Shown here one piece after another: positions 9,442-17,614 of a stretch of DNA of 64,000 nt; the stretch's first letter is position 1, and every line of letters starts with the position of its first letter. The notes under the pieces are model-generated. The model saw nothing but the letters and a program-made list of their open reading frames with translations, was not told the origin of the DNA and ran no database searches. A program made the position numbers and the translations under genes. The stretch comes from an uncultured Candidatus Saccharibacteria bacterium (GTDB lineage Bacteria; Patescibacteriota; Minisyncoccia; UBA6257; 2-01-FULL-56-20), in NCBI GenBank assembly GCA_964365185.1, contig CAYIOP010000003.1, positions 40,828 to 104,827 of the forward strand, read 5' to 3'.

Positions 9442-11478
9442 ATGAATTTAGTCATTGTTGAGTCCCCCACTAAAGCCAAAACCATCGGTCAGTTTTTAGG
9501 CAAAAATTACAAAATTGAATCTTCTTACGGACATGTTCGCGATCTTCCTAAAAGTAAACTCGGCATTGATATTGAAAATAACTTCGAACCTCAATATATC
9601 ATCCCTAAAAAAGCCCAGAAAAACGTTACCGCCTTAAGGAAACTCTCGGAAAAAGCCGATTCTGTAATTCTAGCTACTGATGAAGACAGAGAAGGCGAAG
9701 CTATTGCCTGGCACCTCATACAAGCTCTAAAACTTGATGGATCAAAAATCCGCCGCATTGTCTTTCATGAAATCACGAAAAGCGCCATCAAAAACGCCCT
9801 AGAAAATCCCAGAAATATTCTTGAGGATCTAGTTAATGCCCAACAAGGCCGCCGGATTTTAGATCGCTTAGTTGGCTATAAACTTTCTCCTTTTTTATGG
9901 AAAAAAGTTGTCCGTGGACTTTCGGCCGGTCGTGTCCAATCTGTGGCTCTTCGCTTAATTGTTGACCGAGAAGAAGAGATTAAAAATTTTAAAGCCGAAG
10001 AATACTGGACAATTATCGTTGACTTGGAAAAAGGCCACGAAAATTTTGAAGCCGCTCTCTCTAAAATTAATGGCGAATCAATACCTAAACTCGGCCTCAA
10101 AGCCGAACCGGAAGCTAAAAAAATCGCCGGCGATTTAGAAAAATCTGAATATCAAGTTCTATCCTCGGAAAAAGCCAGGAATCAAAAAAATCCTCTGCCC
10201 CCATTTATCACCAGCACTCTTCAACAAACCTCTTCTCGTTATTTGGGCTACTCAGCCAAAAAAACCATGTTTCTCTCTCAATCGCTTTATGAACAGGGTT
10301 TTATAACTTATATGCGCACCGACTCGGTTAATCTCTCAAAAGAAGCTCTGGATTTATCTCAGGACTGGATAAAAAATAATTTGGATTCTAAATATCACCG
10401 CGAACCAAGAATTTTTAAAAGCCAATCCAAGCTCGCCCAAGAAGCCCATGAAGCCATTCGTCCTACCTCGCCCGATTTTTCTCCCCAAAATTTTGGCGGC
10501 GAAGCTCATAAAAAACTCACTAAAGACGAATATAAAATTTATGATTTAATTTGGCGCCGATTTATGGCCTCCCAATTGCCAGAAGCTGTCTTTGACGCCA
10601 CTCGAGTCGAAATCGAAGCTAAAAATTCCGAAAATTCTATCGCCTATATTCTAAATTCTAATGGCAACATCCTTCATTTCGATGGCTTTCTAAAAATCTG
10701 GCCGGCTAAATTCGAGGACAAAGAAATTCCTAATCTTCAAAGAAATGATCAACTAAAACTAGTTGCCGTCAAACCCTCTCAACACTTCACTGAACCGCCT
10801 CCCCGGTACAACGAGGCCTCCTTGATTAAAACTCTTGAAAAATACGGCATTGGCCGTCCCTCAACTTATGCGCCCACCATCTCGGTTATCCAAGAAAGAA
10901 ACTATGTTGAAAAAATCGAAAGACGTTTTCATCCCACCCAAATCGGCGCTATGGTTAATAAAGTTTTAACCGAACACTTCCCTAAAATTGTCGACATCGA
11001 ATTTACTGCCAAAATGGAAGAAGAACTGGATCGAGTCGCCGAAGGCAAAAAAAAGTGGCAGGAAACTATCCAAGAATTCTATGAACCCTTCGCCAAAAAC
11101 TTGGAACAAAAATATGAAGAAGTGGAAAAACAAAGTCCGGCCAATGAAACCACTGATGAAAAATGTGAAAAGTGTGGCAAACCGATGTTAATTAAATTCG
11201 GTCGTTTTGGAAAATTTATGGCCTGTTCCGGTTTTCCGGAATGCAAAAGCACAAAAACTTTAGGAGAGGGACCTAAAAAAATTGGCTTAAAATGCCCAAA
11301 ATGTAAAGAAGGAGAAATTATCGAAAAAAGAGTTAACAAGGGTCGCGCCCGAGGAAAGATTTTTTGGGGCTGCAACCAATATCCGACTTGCGATTATGCC
11401 TCCTGGACTGATCCTCGTCTGGAAGAAAAAACTGATGCTAAAAACGAACCCTCCTCTGAAGAAAAACCTAACCCCTAA
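9442..11478 (+). CDS. topA: DNA topoisomerase I
   Basis: LVIVESPTKAKTI, ATDEDREGE, SAGRVQS, ITYMRTDS, C-terminal Zn ribbons. Confidence 0.98.
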   Translation: MNLVIVESPTKAKTIGQFLGKNYKIESSYGHVRDLPKSKLGIDIENNFEPQYIIPKKAQKNVTALRKLSEKADSVILATDEDREGEAIAWHLIQALKLDGSKIRRIVFHEITKSAIKNALENPRNILEDLVNAQQGRRILDRLVGYKLSPFLWKKVVRGLSAGRVQSVALRLIVDREEEIKNFKAEEYWTIIVDLEKGHENFEAALSKINGESIPKLGLKAEPEAKKIAGDLEKSEYQVLSSEKARNQKNPLPPFITSTLQQTSSRYLGYSAKKTMFLSQSLYEQGFITYMRTDSVNLSKEALDLSQDWIKNNLDSKYHREPRIFKSQSKLAQEAHEAIRPTSPDFSPQNFGGEAHKKLTKDEYKIYDLIWRRFMASQLPEAVFDATRVEIEAKNSENSIAYILNSNGNILHFDGFLKIWPAKFEDKEIPNLQRNDQLKLVAVKPSQHFTEPPPRYNEASLIKTLEKYGIGRPSTYAPTISVIQERNYVEKIERRFHPTQIGAMVNKVLTEHFPKIVDIEFTAKMEEELDRVAEGKKKWQETIQEFYEPFAKNLEQKYEEVEKQSPANETTDEKCEKCGKPMLIKFGRFGKFMACSGFPECKSTKTLGEGPKKIGLKCPKCKEGEIIEKRVNKGRARGKIFWGCNQYPTCDYASWTDPRLEEKTDAKNEPSSEEKPNP

Positions 11479-11547
11479 CAACCTTCTATCTTGATTTTGA
11501 TTTTGATACTTGACACTTGATACTTGAAACCCGAAACTATTTGAGTA

Positions 11548-12996
11548 ATGACCGTAGAAGAAATCGCTACCAAAAACCCTAAGGGCCTGATTGGACAAGC
11601 CTTTGAATTTGCCCTAAAAACCCTTAAAGAACAGAAACGCGAAAACGGCGAACCTTATTTCGAACACTGTCGCCTGACAGCTGAATTTTTAAATGAGTGG
11701 CACCTCGACGAAGCCACTGTTGCTGCCGGTCTTCTTCATGACATCTGCGCCCGAACCAACACTACTCTTAAAGAAATTGAATCGCGATTCGGAAAAGAAG
11801 TGGCTTTTTTAGTTGAGGGTATGACTAAATTATCCTTAGTTAAGTACAAAAATACCGCCACCAAAATTGAAAATCTGCAAAAAATGATCTTGGCTTTAAG
11901 CGGCGACATCAGAATCATCCTCATTAAATTAGCCAATCGGTTGCATAATCTAAAAACTATCGAAGGCGTTCCCGAAAGTAGGAAAGAAAAATTAGCGCAG
12001 GAATCAAACGACATCTACGCTCCTCTCGCCAATTTAATCGGCATGCAAAACTTAGCTAGCGAGATGCACGAACTTTGTTTCCCTATTCTCTATCCTAAGG
12101 AATATGAATGGCTTATTAAAAACGTAAAAGACGAGTATTCCGATCGGAATGAATACCTAGTTCATTTCAAACCCTTACTAGAAAAAAACCTGGGAGAACA
12201 TAATCTAAAACCGGTCTTTATAGATTTCCGCGCTAAACGCTATTCCAGTTTATATTTTAAGCTCTTAAAATATGACATGGATCTCTCAAAAATCTACGAC
12301 TTAGTTACCACTTGGGTAGTTATGAAGGACGTTAAAGAGTGTTACGAGGCCTTAGGTATTATCCATCAAATCTGGCCGCCTTTGCCTGGTCGCATCAAAG
12401 ATTATATCGCCTCTCCTAAACTAAACGGCTATCGCTCACTTCACACCACCATCATCGGTCCGGAAAATAAATACATCGAAATCCAAATCCATACTCCCCG
12501 GATGCACGAAGAAAATAAAAATGGGCTTGCTGCTCACTGGCTCTATAAACAAAACTTAGAAAAAAAAGAAGTGCCAAAATCCTTAAGATCCCGGTTCAAA
12601 GAAGTACCCTTAATTCGCCACCTCAGACGCTGGCAAAACAAAACCGTCAATTTGGCTTCGAGCTATCAAGAATTTGCCGAAATGACTAAGATTGATTTTT
12701 TTGAAGATAAAATTTTCGTCATTACTCCCAAAGGCGACGTCATTGATCTTCCCAAAGATTCAACCGCTATTGATTTCGCTTATAAAATTCACTCCGATAT
12801 TGGCCAGAGCGCTGTAAGAGCCGAAATCAATAACTCCCTTAAACCTTTAAAAACCAAACTTACATCCGGCGATGTCATTAAAATCATCACCCAAAAAAAC
12901 AAAAAAGCCGATCCCGAATGGCTCAAATTCGCTAAAACCATTCATGCTCGAAATCACATTCGCGAAACCCTCAAATCTAAAATTCTTCCGTTTTAA
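11548..12996 (+). CDS. RelA/SpoT family protein (HD-SYN-TGS) with divergent catalytic motifs
   Basis: GEPY..H, KDYIASPKLNGYRSLHT, TGS motif DFAYKIHS. Confidence 0.88.
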   Translation: MTVEEIATKNPKGLIGQAFEFALKTLKEQKRENGEPYFEHCRLTAEFLNEWHLDEATVAAGLLHDICARTNTTLKEIESRFGKEVAFLVEGMTKLSLVKYKNTATKIENLQKMILALSGDIRIILIKLANRLHNLKTIEGVPESRKEKLAQESNDIYAPLANLIGMQNLASEMHELCFPILYPKEYEWLIKNVKDEYSDRNEYLVHFKPLLEKNLGEHNLKPVFIDFRAKRYSSLYFKLLKYDMDLSKIYDLVTTWVVMKDVKECYEALGIIHQIWPPLPGRIKDYIASPKLNGYRSLHTTIIGPENKYIEIQIHTPRMHEENKNGLAAHWLYKQNLEKKEVPKSLRSRFKEVPLIRHLRRWQNKTVNLASSYQEFAEMTKIDFFEDKIFVITPKGDVIDLPKDSTAIDFAYKIHSDIGQSAVRAEINNSLKPLKTKLTSGDVIKIITQKNKKADPEWLKFAKTIHARNHIRETLKSKILPF

Positions 12997-13059
12997 TCAA
13001 ACCTTAATAAAACTACTCGAAAATCCATTAATCTTATATTTATAATTTTAACATTTTCC

Positions 13060-14082
13060 TTAACTGCCAATCTTATCAAGAATACTTTTCAACTCTTCAT
13101 CGGAAAAAAAACTAATGGTAATTTTCCCTTTGACGCCACGCTGTTCAATTTTAACCGGCGCTCCCAGCTTGGACGTCAAACCGGCTTCAGCCATTTTTAT
13201 CTCTGCCGCTAAATGACTCCCTCCGGCTGAATCTCGCCGGCCGAATTCAACTTTGGCCTTAAGCTCTCGAGTCGTCATTTTACTGTCTAAGATATCATCA
13301 AATAACCTTTTCTGGGCCGCCGGATCAATCATTGAAAGCAATAATCGTCCGTGGGTCTCGGAAATTTGATTCTTGGAAAGCGCCTCCTGAATATAAACCG
13401 GCAAATCTAAAAGGCGAACCGTATTGGCTATCGCTTCTCTACTTTTTCCGAGCCGAGTGGCTATTTCCCTCTGAGTTAAATTAAATTCATCTTGCAACCG
13501 AGAAAAAGCCCGAGCAGTTTCAATTGGATTTAAATTCTCTCGCTGCAAGTTCTCAATAATCGCCATCTCTAGCCGCTCACGCTCAAAATCCAACCGCTTC
13601 ACAATCACCGGCACCCTTTCAAGTCCTAATAATTTTGCCGCGAGTAGTCGCCGCTCTCCAGCCACCAAAATATATTCCACCTCTGTTCCGACTGACGTCT
13701 CCTTCTCTACTTTGGTTACAACGAGCGGCTGTAAAATTCCCACTTCCCTAATCGAAGATGCTAAATCTCTAAGCGATTCCTCATCAAAATCTTTCCTTGG
13801 TTGATGAGGATTAGGTTTAATTTTATCAACTTCAATCTGAAAAATTGCTTGCCCGCCTAAATTTTTATCTATAAAATTTGGACTGGCCTGCCCCGAGCTT
13901 ATCGAATGATTCTCCTTATCTCCCAAAGATAAATCACTCTCTTGGCTTAAAATCGAAGCTGTATAATTTGAATTTGCCGCGGATTCTGCTTTATCCTCAT
14001 CTTGATTTGCTACCGTGTTATTATCTCCATCCTTTTTTTTTATCGGCGGTATTAATGATTCCAATCCCTTACCTAAAGTCAT
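13060..14082 (-). CDS. parB: Chromosome partitioning protein ParB/Spo0J
   Basis: LGKGLESLI, PNPHQPR, GERR, ENLQRENL, HTH. Confidence 0.96.
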   Translation of the reverse strand: MTLGKGLESLIPPIKKKDGDNNTVANQDEDKAESAANSNYTASILSQESDLSLGDKENHSISSGQASPNFIDKNLGGQAIFQIEVDKIKPNPHQPRKDFDEESLRDLASSIREVGILQPLVVTKVEKETSVGTEVEYILVAGERRLLAAKLLGLERVPVIVKRLDFERERLEMAIIENLQRENLNPIETARAFSRLQDEFNLTQREIATRLGKSREAIANTVRLLDLPVYIQEALSKNQISETHGRLLLSMIDPAAQKRLFDDILDSKMTTRELKAKVEFGRRDSAGGSHLAAEIKMAEAGLTSKLGAPVKIEQRGVKGKITISFFSDEELKSILDKIGS

Positions 14083-14183
14083 AACAATAGTTTAAAATTT
14101 ATTTTCTACATTTTTATTCGCAGCATTTCCTCCAAAGGAGGATCCTCCTTTGGAGGACGCACTAATTTGTAGATTGGAATTAT

Positions 14184-15005
14184 TTATGTAACATTGAAAT
14201 TCCCAAAATCAGGGCTGGAACCAACTTGAACCCCGGTTAATGTTTTTTCTTGAGCAGTAATCTCCTCGGCCAAATTTTTATAAGCTAAAGCACCGATCGA
14301 ATCAGGCCGATAAAGCATGACTGGTTTTGAAAAACTAGGGGCCTCTGCCAAAGCCACGCTCCTTGGAATCTCGGTCTTAAAAACTAAATAAGGAAAATTG
14401 GTTCTTAGGTCCCTTGCCACTTCACGACTCAAACGTTCATTGCGATTATACATAGTAATTAAAGCTCCTGTAATTTTAATTTTATGATCCAAATTACCTT
14501 TAATTAAATCAATAGTTTGAAGAAGCTGCCCTAAGCCCTCTAAACTGTAATATTCAGCCTGAACCGGAATCAAAACCTCGCTCGAGGCCATCAAGCCATT
14601 CACCGTAAGCAAACTAAGCGACGGCGGCAAATCAATCAAAATATAATCGTAGCTATGCCGAACTCGATTTATAAATTTTCTCAAAAAATATTCTCGCTCC
14701 GGCAAATTTACCAATTCAATGAGCGCTCCGGCTAAATGCGGCGCGGCTGGCACTAAATGAAAATTAAAAAGCGCTGTCGGACGCAAAATATAATCATGCG
14801 GCGCGGCATTAATAATGCCGTGATAAACACTAAGTTCAGTTTTTAAAGGATCGTATCCCAAAGCCGAACTGGCATTAGCTTGAGGGTCAAAATCAACCAA
14901 AAGCACTCTTCTATTTAATGCGGCTAAATAACTTCCTAAATTTACGGCTGTGGTAGTTTTTCCAACCCCGCCTTTTTGATTACAAATTGAAATCACCCTG
15001 GCCAT
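14184..15005 (-). CDS. parA: Chromosome partitioning ATPase ParA/Soj
   Basis: NQKGGVGKTT deviant Walker A, DFDPQAN, LAEAPSF. Confidence 0.97.
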   Translation of the reverse strand: MARVISICNQKGGVGKTTTAVNLGSYLAALNRRVLLVDFDPQANASSALGYDPLKTELSVYHGIINAAPHDYILRPTALFNFHLVPAAPHLAGALIELVNLPEREYFLRKFINRVRHSYDYILIDLPPSLSLLTVNGLMASSEVLIPVQAEYYSLEGLGQLLQTIDLIKGNLDHKIKITGALITMYNRNERLSREVARDLRTNFPYLVFKTEIPRSVALAEAPSFSKPVMLYRPDSIGALAYKNLAEEITAQEKTLTGVQVGSSPDFGNFNVT

Positions 15006-15053
15006 TTCGCTTTACTCTACCTTATTTTTGAATTATTATCAATCATAAATTAG

Positions 15054-15254
15054 GGGCGAGTGGCGGCCCGTCAACCAACGGGAGCAGATTTACCCGTACT
15101 AATTTTGCCGCTGTGGCGGAACTGGTAGACGCGCACGACTCAAAATCGTGTGAGGAAACTCGTGTCGGTTCGACTCCGACCAGCGGCACTCTTTAAATGG
15201 AGACTCCCTGCCCCGTTAAATTACGAAGTAATTTTTTCGGGGTCTCCTCGCCCA
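15054..15254 (+). pseudogene. Decayed outer tRNA (Leu-like) enclosing the intact tRNA-Leu(CAA)
   Basis: GGGCGAG TG GCGG ... GAGAC[insert]GTCTC CTCGCCC A: perfect 7-bp acceptor stem and 5-bp T-like stem. Confidence 0.55.
15107..15188 (+). tRNA. tRNA-Leu (CAA)
   Basis: GCCGCTG acceptor, CACGA CTCAAAA TCGTG, long variable arm. Confidence 0.96.
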
Positions 15255-15308
15255 CAAACAAAATTAGCCCGACTAAAAATCGAGCTAATTTTGTTTTATG
15301 ATGCTAAA

Positions 15309-15436
15309 GAATCGAACTGGAGTGGGGTCGGGAGAACATCTGGTCTCCCGTGTTGGAATGAGCGGAGTGGATTCAAAACCGAGGGTTTTGAACGAATCCC
15401 GCAATGCGAGGCGACGTGAGATTCCCGCCCCGGCCA
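15309..15436 (+). repeat. tRNA-3'-associated structured element, copy 1
   Basis: Shares GARTCGRACT..GGGGTCGGG..hairpins..CGACGTGAGATTC with 57143-57269. Confidence 0.75.
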
Positions 15437-15482
15437 ACCATATATATATTAAAAAACTCGCTATTTTCTAAACAACGAGTTT

Positions 15483-15731
15483 TTAATTTCCTCTCTTGGT
15501 TTCAAAAAAATCTTCCATCTCTTCTGTAAAAGAAGAATCGCTGATTTTCTCTTTCTGAGGGCTAAACTCTGCTTCAAAACTGAAAATTCCAAAAAAACAA
15601 CTTACTGAAACTTTGTCTATCTCAGAAGCCGAAATATCACGCAGCACTCTCTCTACTAAACCGATAAAATGCCGGTTAACCACAAAAACCGCCATCCCTA
15701 AAACCAAGAAAAAAGCTATTATATAAAGCAC
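15483..15731 (-). CDS. Small membrane-anchored hypothetical protein
   Basis: GAGGTGA SD before GTG; N-terminal TM. Confidence 0.6.
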   Translation of the reverse strand: MLYIIAFFLVLGMAVFVVNRHFIGLVERVLRDISASEIDKVSVSCFFGIFSFEAEFSPQKEKISDSSFTEEMEDFFETKRGN

Positions 15732-15822
15732 TATTCACCTCACTAATTACTATCAAAAGACCAAACTAAAAATACTCTAAATCACCGCTAAGTCAACCCC
15801 TGAACTAATAATTAGTAAGGGG

Positions 15823-16374
15823 TCAACCTAAGTTTTTTTGGTCACCAACTTTTAAATCAAAATACGGCTTAATAATTTCTCGAACAGCTAAAGCGCTTAA
15901 AATTCCTAAAATCGCGCCGAAAACAATATCTATCGGCCAGTGGACGCCCACAAAAATACGAGCTAATCCATTCACCAAAGCCAATCCCAAATACCAAACA
16001 AAATATTTCTTGTTTAAATAAAAAATCACCATCGCTAAAGAAAACAAAATCACGGCGTGGCTCGAAGGAAAAGAAAATCCCGAGACCCGAATTAACGATT
16101 CTACGCCTAAAATTTGAAACGGCCGCTCTTGGGGGAATAAAAAATTTATAAATCCCACAATTATTCCACGGCCTAAAATCCAAGCCAAAAAAATATAAAC
16201 AAGAAAAAAAATCCGTTTTTTCCAGACCGGTTGTGAAAAAATCAAAAACAAAGTTGATATAAAAATAAAATAAGGCAAATATTCAGCTAAAAAAATTCCG
16301 AGGCGATCAAGCCAAATATTCCTATGCGCCAACCAAAAAATCAAATTAAAAACCTCTGTATTTAAATTTTGCAT
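15823..16374 (-). CDS. PAP2 family phosphatase (undecaprenyl-diphosphatase BcrC-like)
   Basis: RP, SFPSSH and ARIFVGVHWPID motifs. Confidence 0.9.
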   Translation of the reverse strand: MQNLNTEVFNLIFWLAHRNIWLDRLGIFLAEYLPYFIFISTLFLIFSQPVWKKRIFFLVYIFLAWILGRGIIVGFINFLFPQERPFQILGVESLIRVSGFSFPSSHAVILFSLAMVIFYLNKKYFVWYLGLALVNGLARIFVGVHWPIDIVFGAILGILSALAVREIIKPYFDLKVGDQKNLG

Positions 16375-16404
16375 CTAATCTCTAAACCCCGATTAACCAA
16401 CTCC

Positions 16405-16605
16405 CTACCTATTCACGAACGGCAAAAGCCCCATATAACGAGCTCGCTTAATAGCTTGAGCTAATTTTCTTTCGTGCTTGGCGCAAACATTAGTATGTTT
16501 AGGATCGATAATCTTGGCCTGACCTGAAACAAAACGCCGAAGTAAATCCACTTCTTTATAATCAATCTGTCTTAAATTTTGAGAACAAAAAAAACATTGT
16601 TGCAT
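16405..16605 (-). CDS. rpsR: 30S ribosomal protein S18
   Basis: CFFC, IDYK, AIKRAR..LLPF. Confidence 0.96.
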   Translation of the reverse strand: MQQCFFCSQNLRQIDYKEVDLLRRFVSGQAKIIDPKHTNVCAKHERKLAQAIKRARYMGLLPFVNR

Positions 16606-16705
16606 GTTAAATAGGTTATAAGTGTTAAGTGTTAGAAATATATGTTAAAAGTAAATTAAAATCAAATCCCTAAAACCTATCACCTAAAAATCAAAACCTT
16701 ATTTT

Positions 16706-17275
16706 TTAAACTTTCTTAACCTGCAGCGAATCAAGTTCAACCGCGGTATCTCGACCAAAAATAGGAACCATCACTTTTACATGTCCCCGCTCTTCATCAA
16801 CTTCAGCTATCTTACCGTCATAATCCTTAAAAGGTCCGTCAATAATTTTAACCAAATCGCCGACTATCAAATCAACCTTAAACTTACTGATGTCACTGCC
16901 CATCCTGGATAAAAGCAATTCCACTTCTTCCCCTGAAAGAGGAGTTGGTTTAGTGTTATCCGCCCCCACAAACCCCGTCACTCTTGGCGTATTTCTAACC
17001 ACATACCACGAATCCCCGGTTAAAATCATCTCGATTAATACGTAGCCAGGATAAATTTTCTCTTCAATAGTTTGTCTTTTGCCGCTTTTAACTTTAACTT
17101 TTTTTTCTTTCGGCACAATCACTTTAAAAATCTTATCCTCCATTCCCAACATTTCAATTCGCTGTTTTAAATACCGGGCAACCGCTTCTTCATAACCAGA
17201 ATAAGTATGCACGGCATACCACTGCCTTGTCTCAATTTTATCTTTTAATACTATTGTTTTATCTATTTGATTCAT
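16706..17275 (-). CDS. nusG: Transcription factor NusG
   Basis: WYAVHTYSGYE, PGYV, VRNTPRVTGFVG, KOW motif. Confidence 0.97.
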   Translation of the reverse strand: MNQIDKTIVLKDKIETRQWYAVHTYSGYEEAVARYLKQRIEMLGMEDKIFKVIVPKEKKVKVKSGKRQTIEEKIYPGYVLIEMILTGDSWYVVRNTPRVTGFVGADNTKPTPLSGEEVELLLSRMGSDISKFKVDLIVGDLVKIIDGPFKDYDGKIAEVDEERGHVKVMVPIFGRDTAVELDSLQVKKV

Positions 17276-17288
17276 AAAAATTTTAATT

Positions 17289-17477
17289 CTAGTTAATAAT
17301 AAAACTCTCCAAAATTAATCTAAAAATACTGTCAAAAATACCTAAAAATATCATTATCCCAAAAGAAATACCGATCACTATCAAGGTTAGTCGAAAGGCC
17401 TCCTTTCTAGTCGGCCAATTAACATGTTTGAATTCTTGACGAGCTTCTTCAAAAAATATTTTAATTCTATTAAACAT
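17289..17477 (-). CDS. secE: Preprotein translocase SecE
   Basis: EFKHVNWPTRKE plus TM, upstream of nusG. Confidence 0.95.
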   Translation of the reverse strand: MFNRIKIFFEEARQEFKHVNWPTRKEAFRLTLIVIGISFGIMIFLGIFDSIFRLILESFIIN

Positions 17478-17614
17478 TAATCGATTGCTTTTTAATTTTT
17501 TACTCTTGTTATAAACCCGCCCAATTTGAAGTTTAATCTACATCAAAGTCGAGCAAGATTGATTTTAATTTATATAAAAACTCTCGATGAAATCGGAGTA
17601 TATTAGTATTCCGC

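Noticed and set aside
15053-15100. tmRNA, SRP RNA or ZTP riboswitch upstream of tRNA-Leu
   Set aside because: The diagnostic motifs are missing; it is better explained as the 5' end of the decayed tRNA shell.
16405-17477. secE-nusG-rpsR order (no rplK, no rpsF-ssb) as a novel system
   Set aside because: A simple rearrangement of housekeeping genes.
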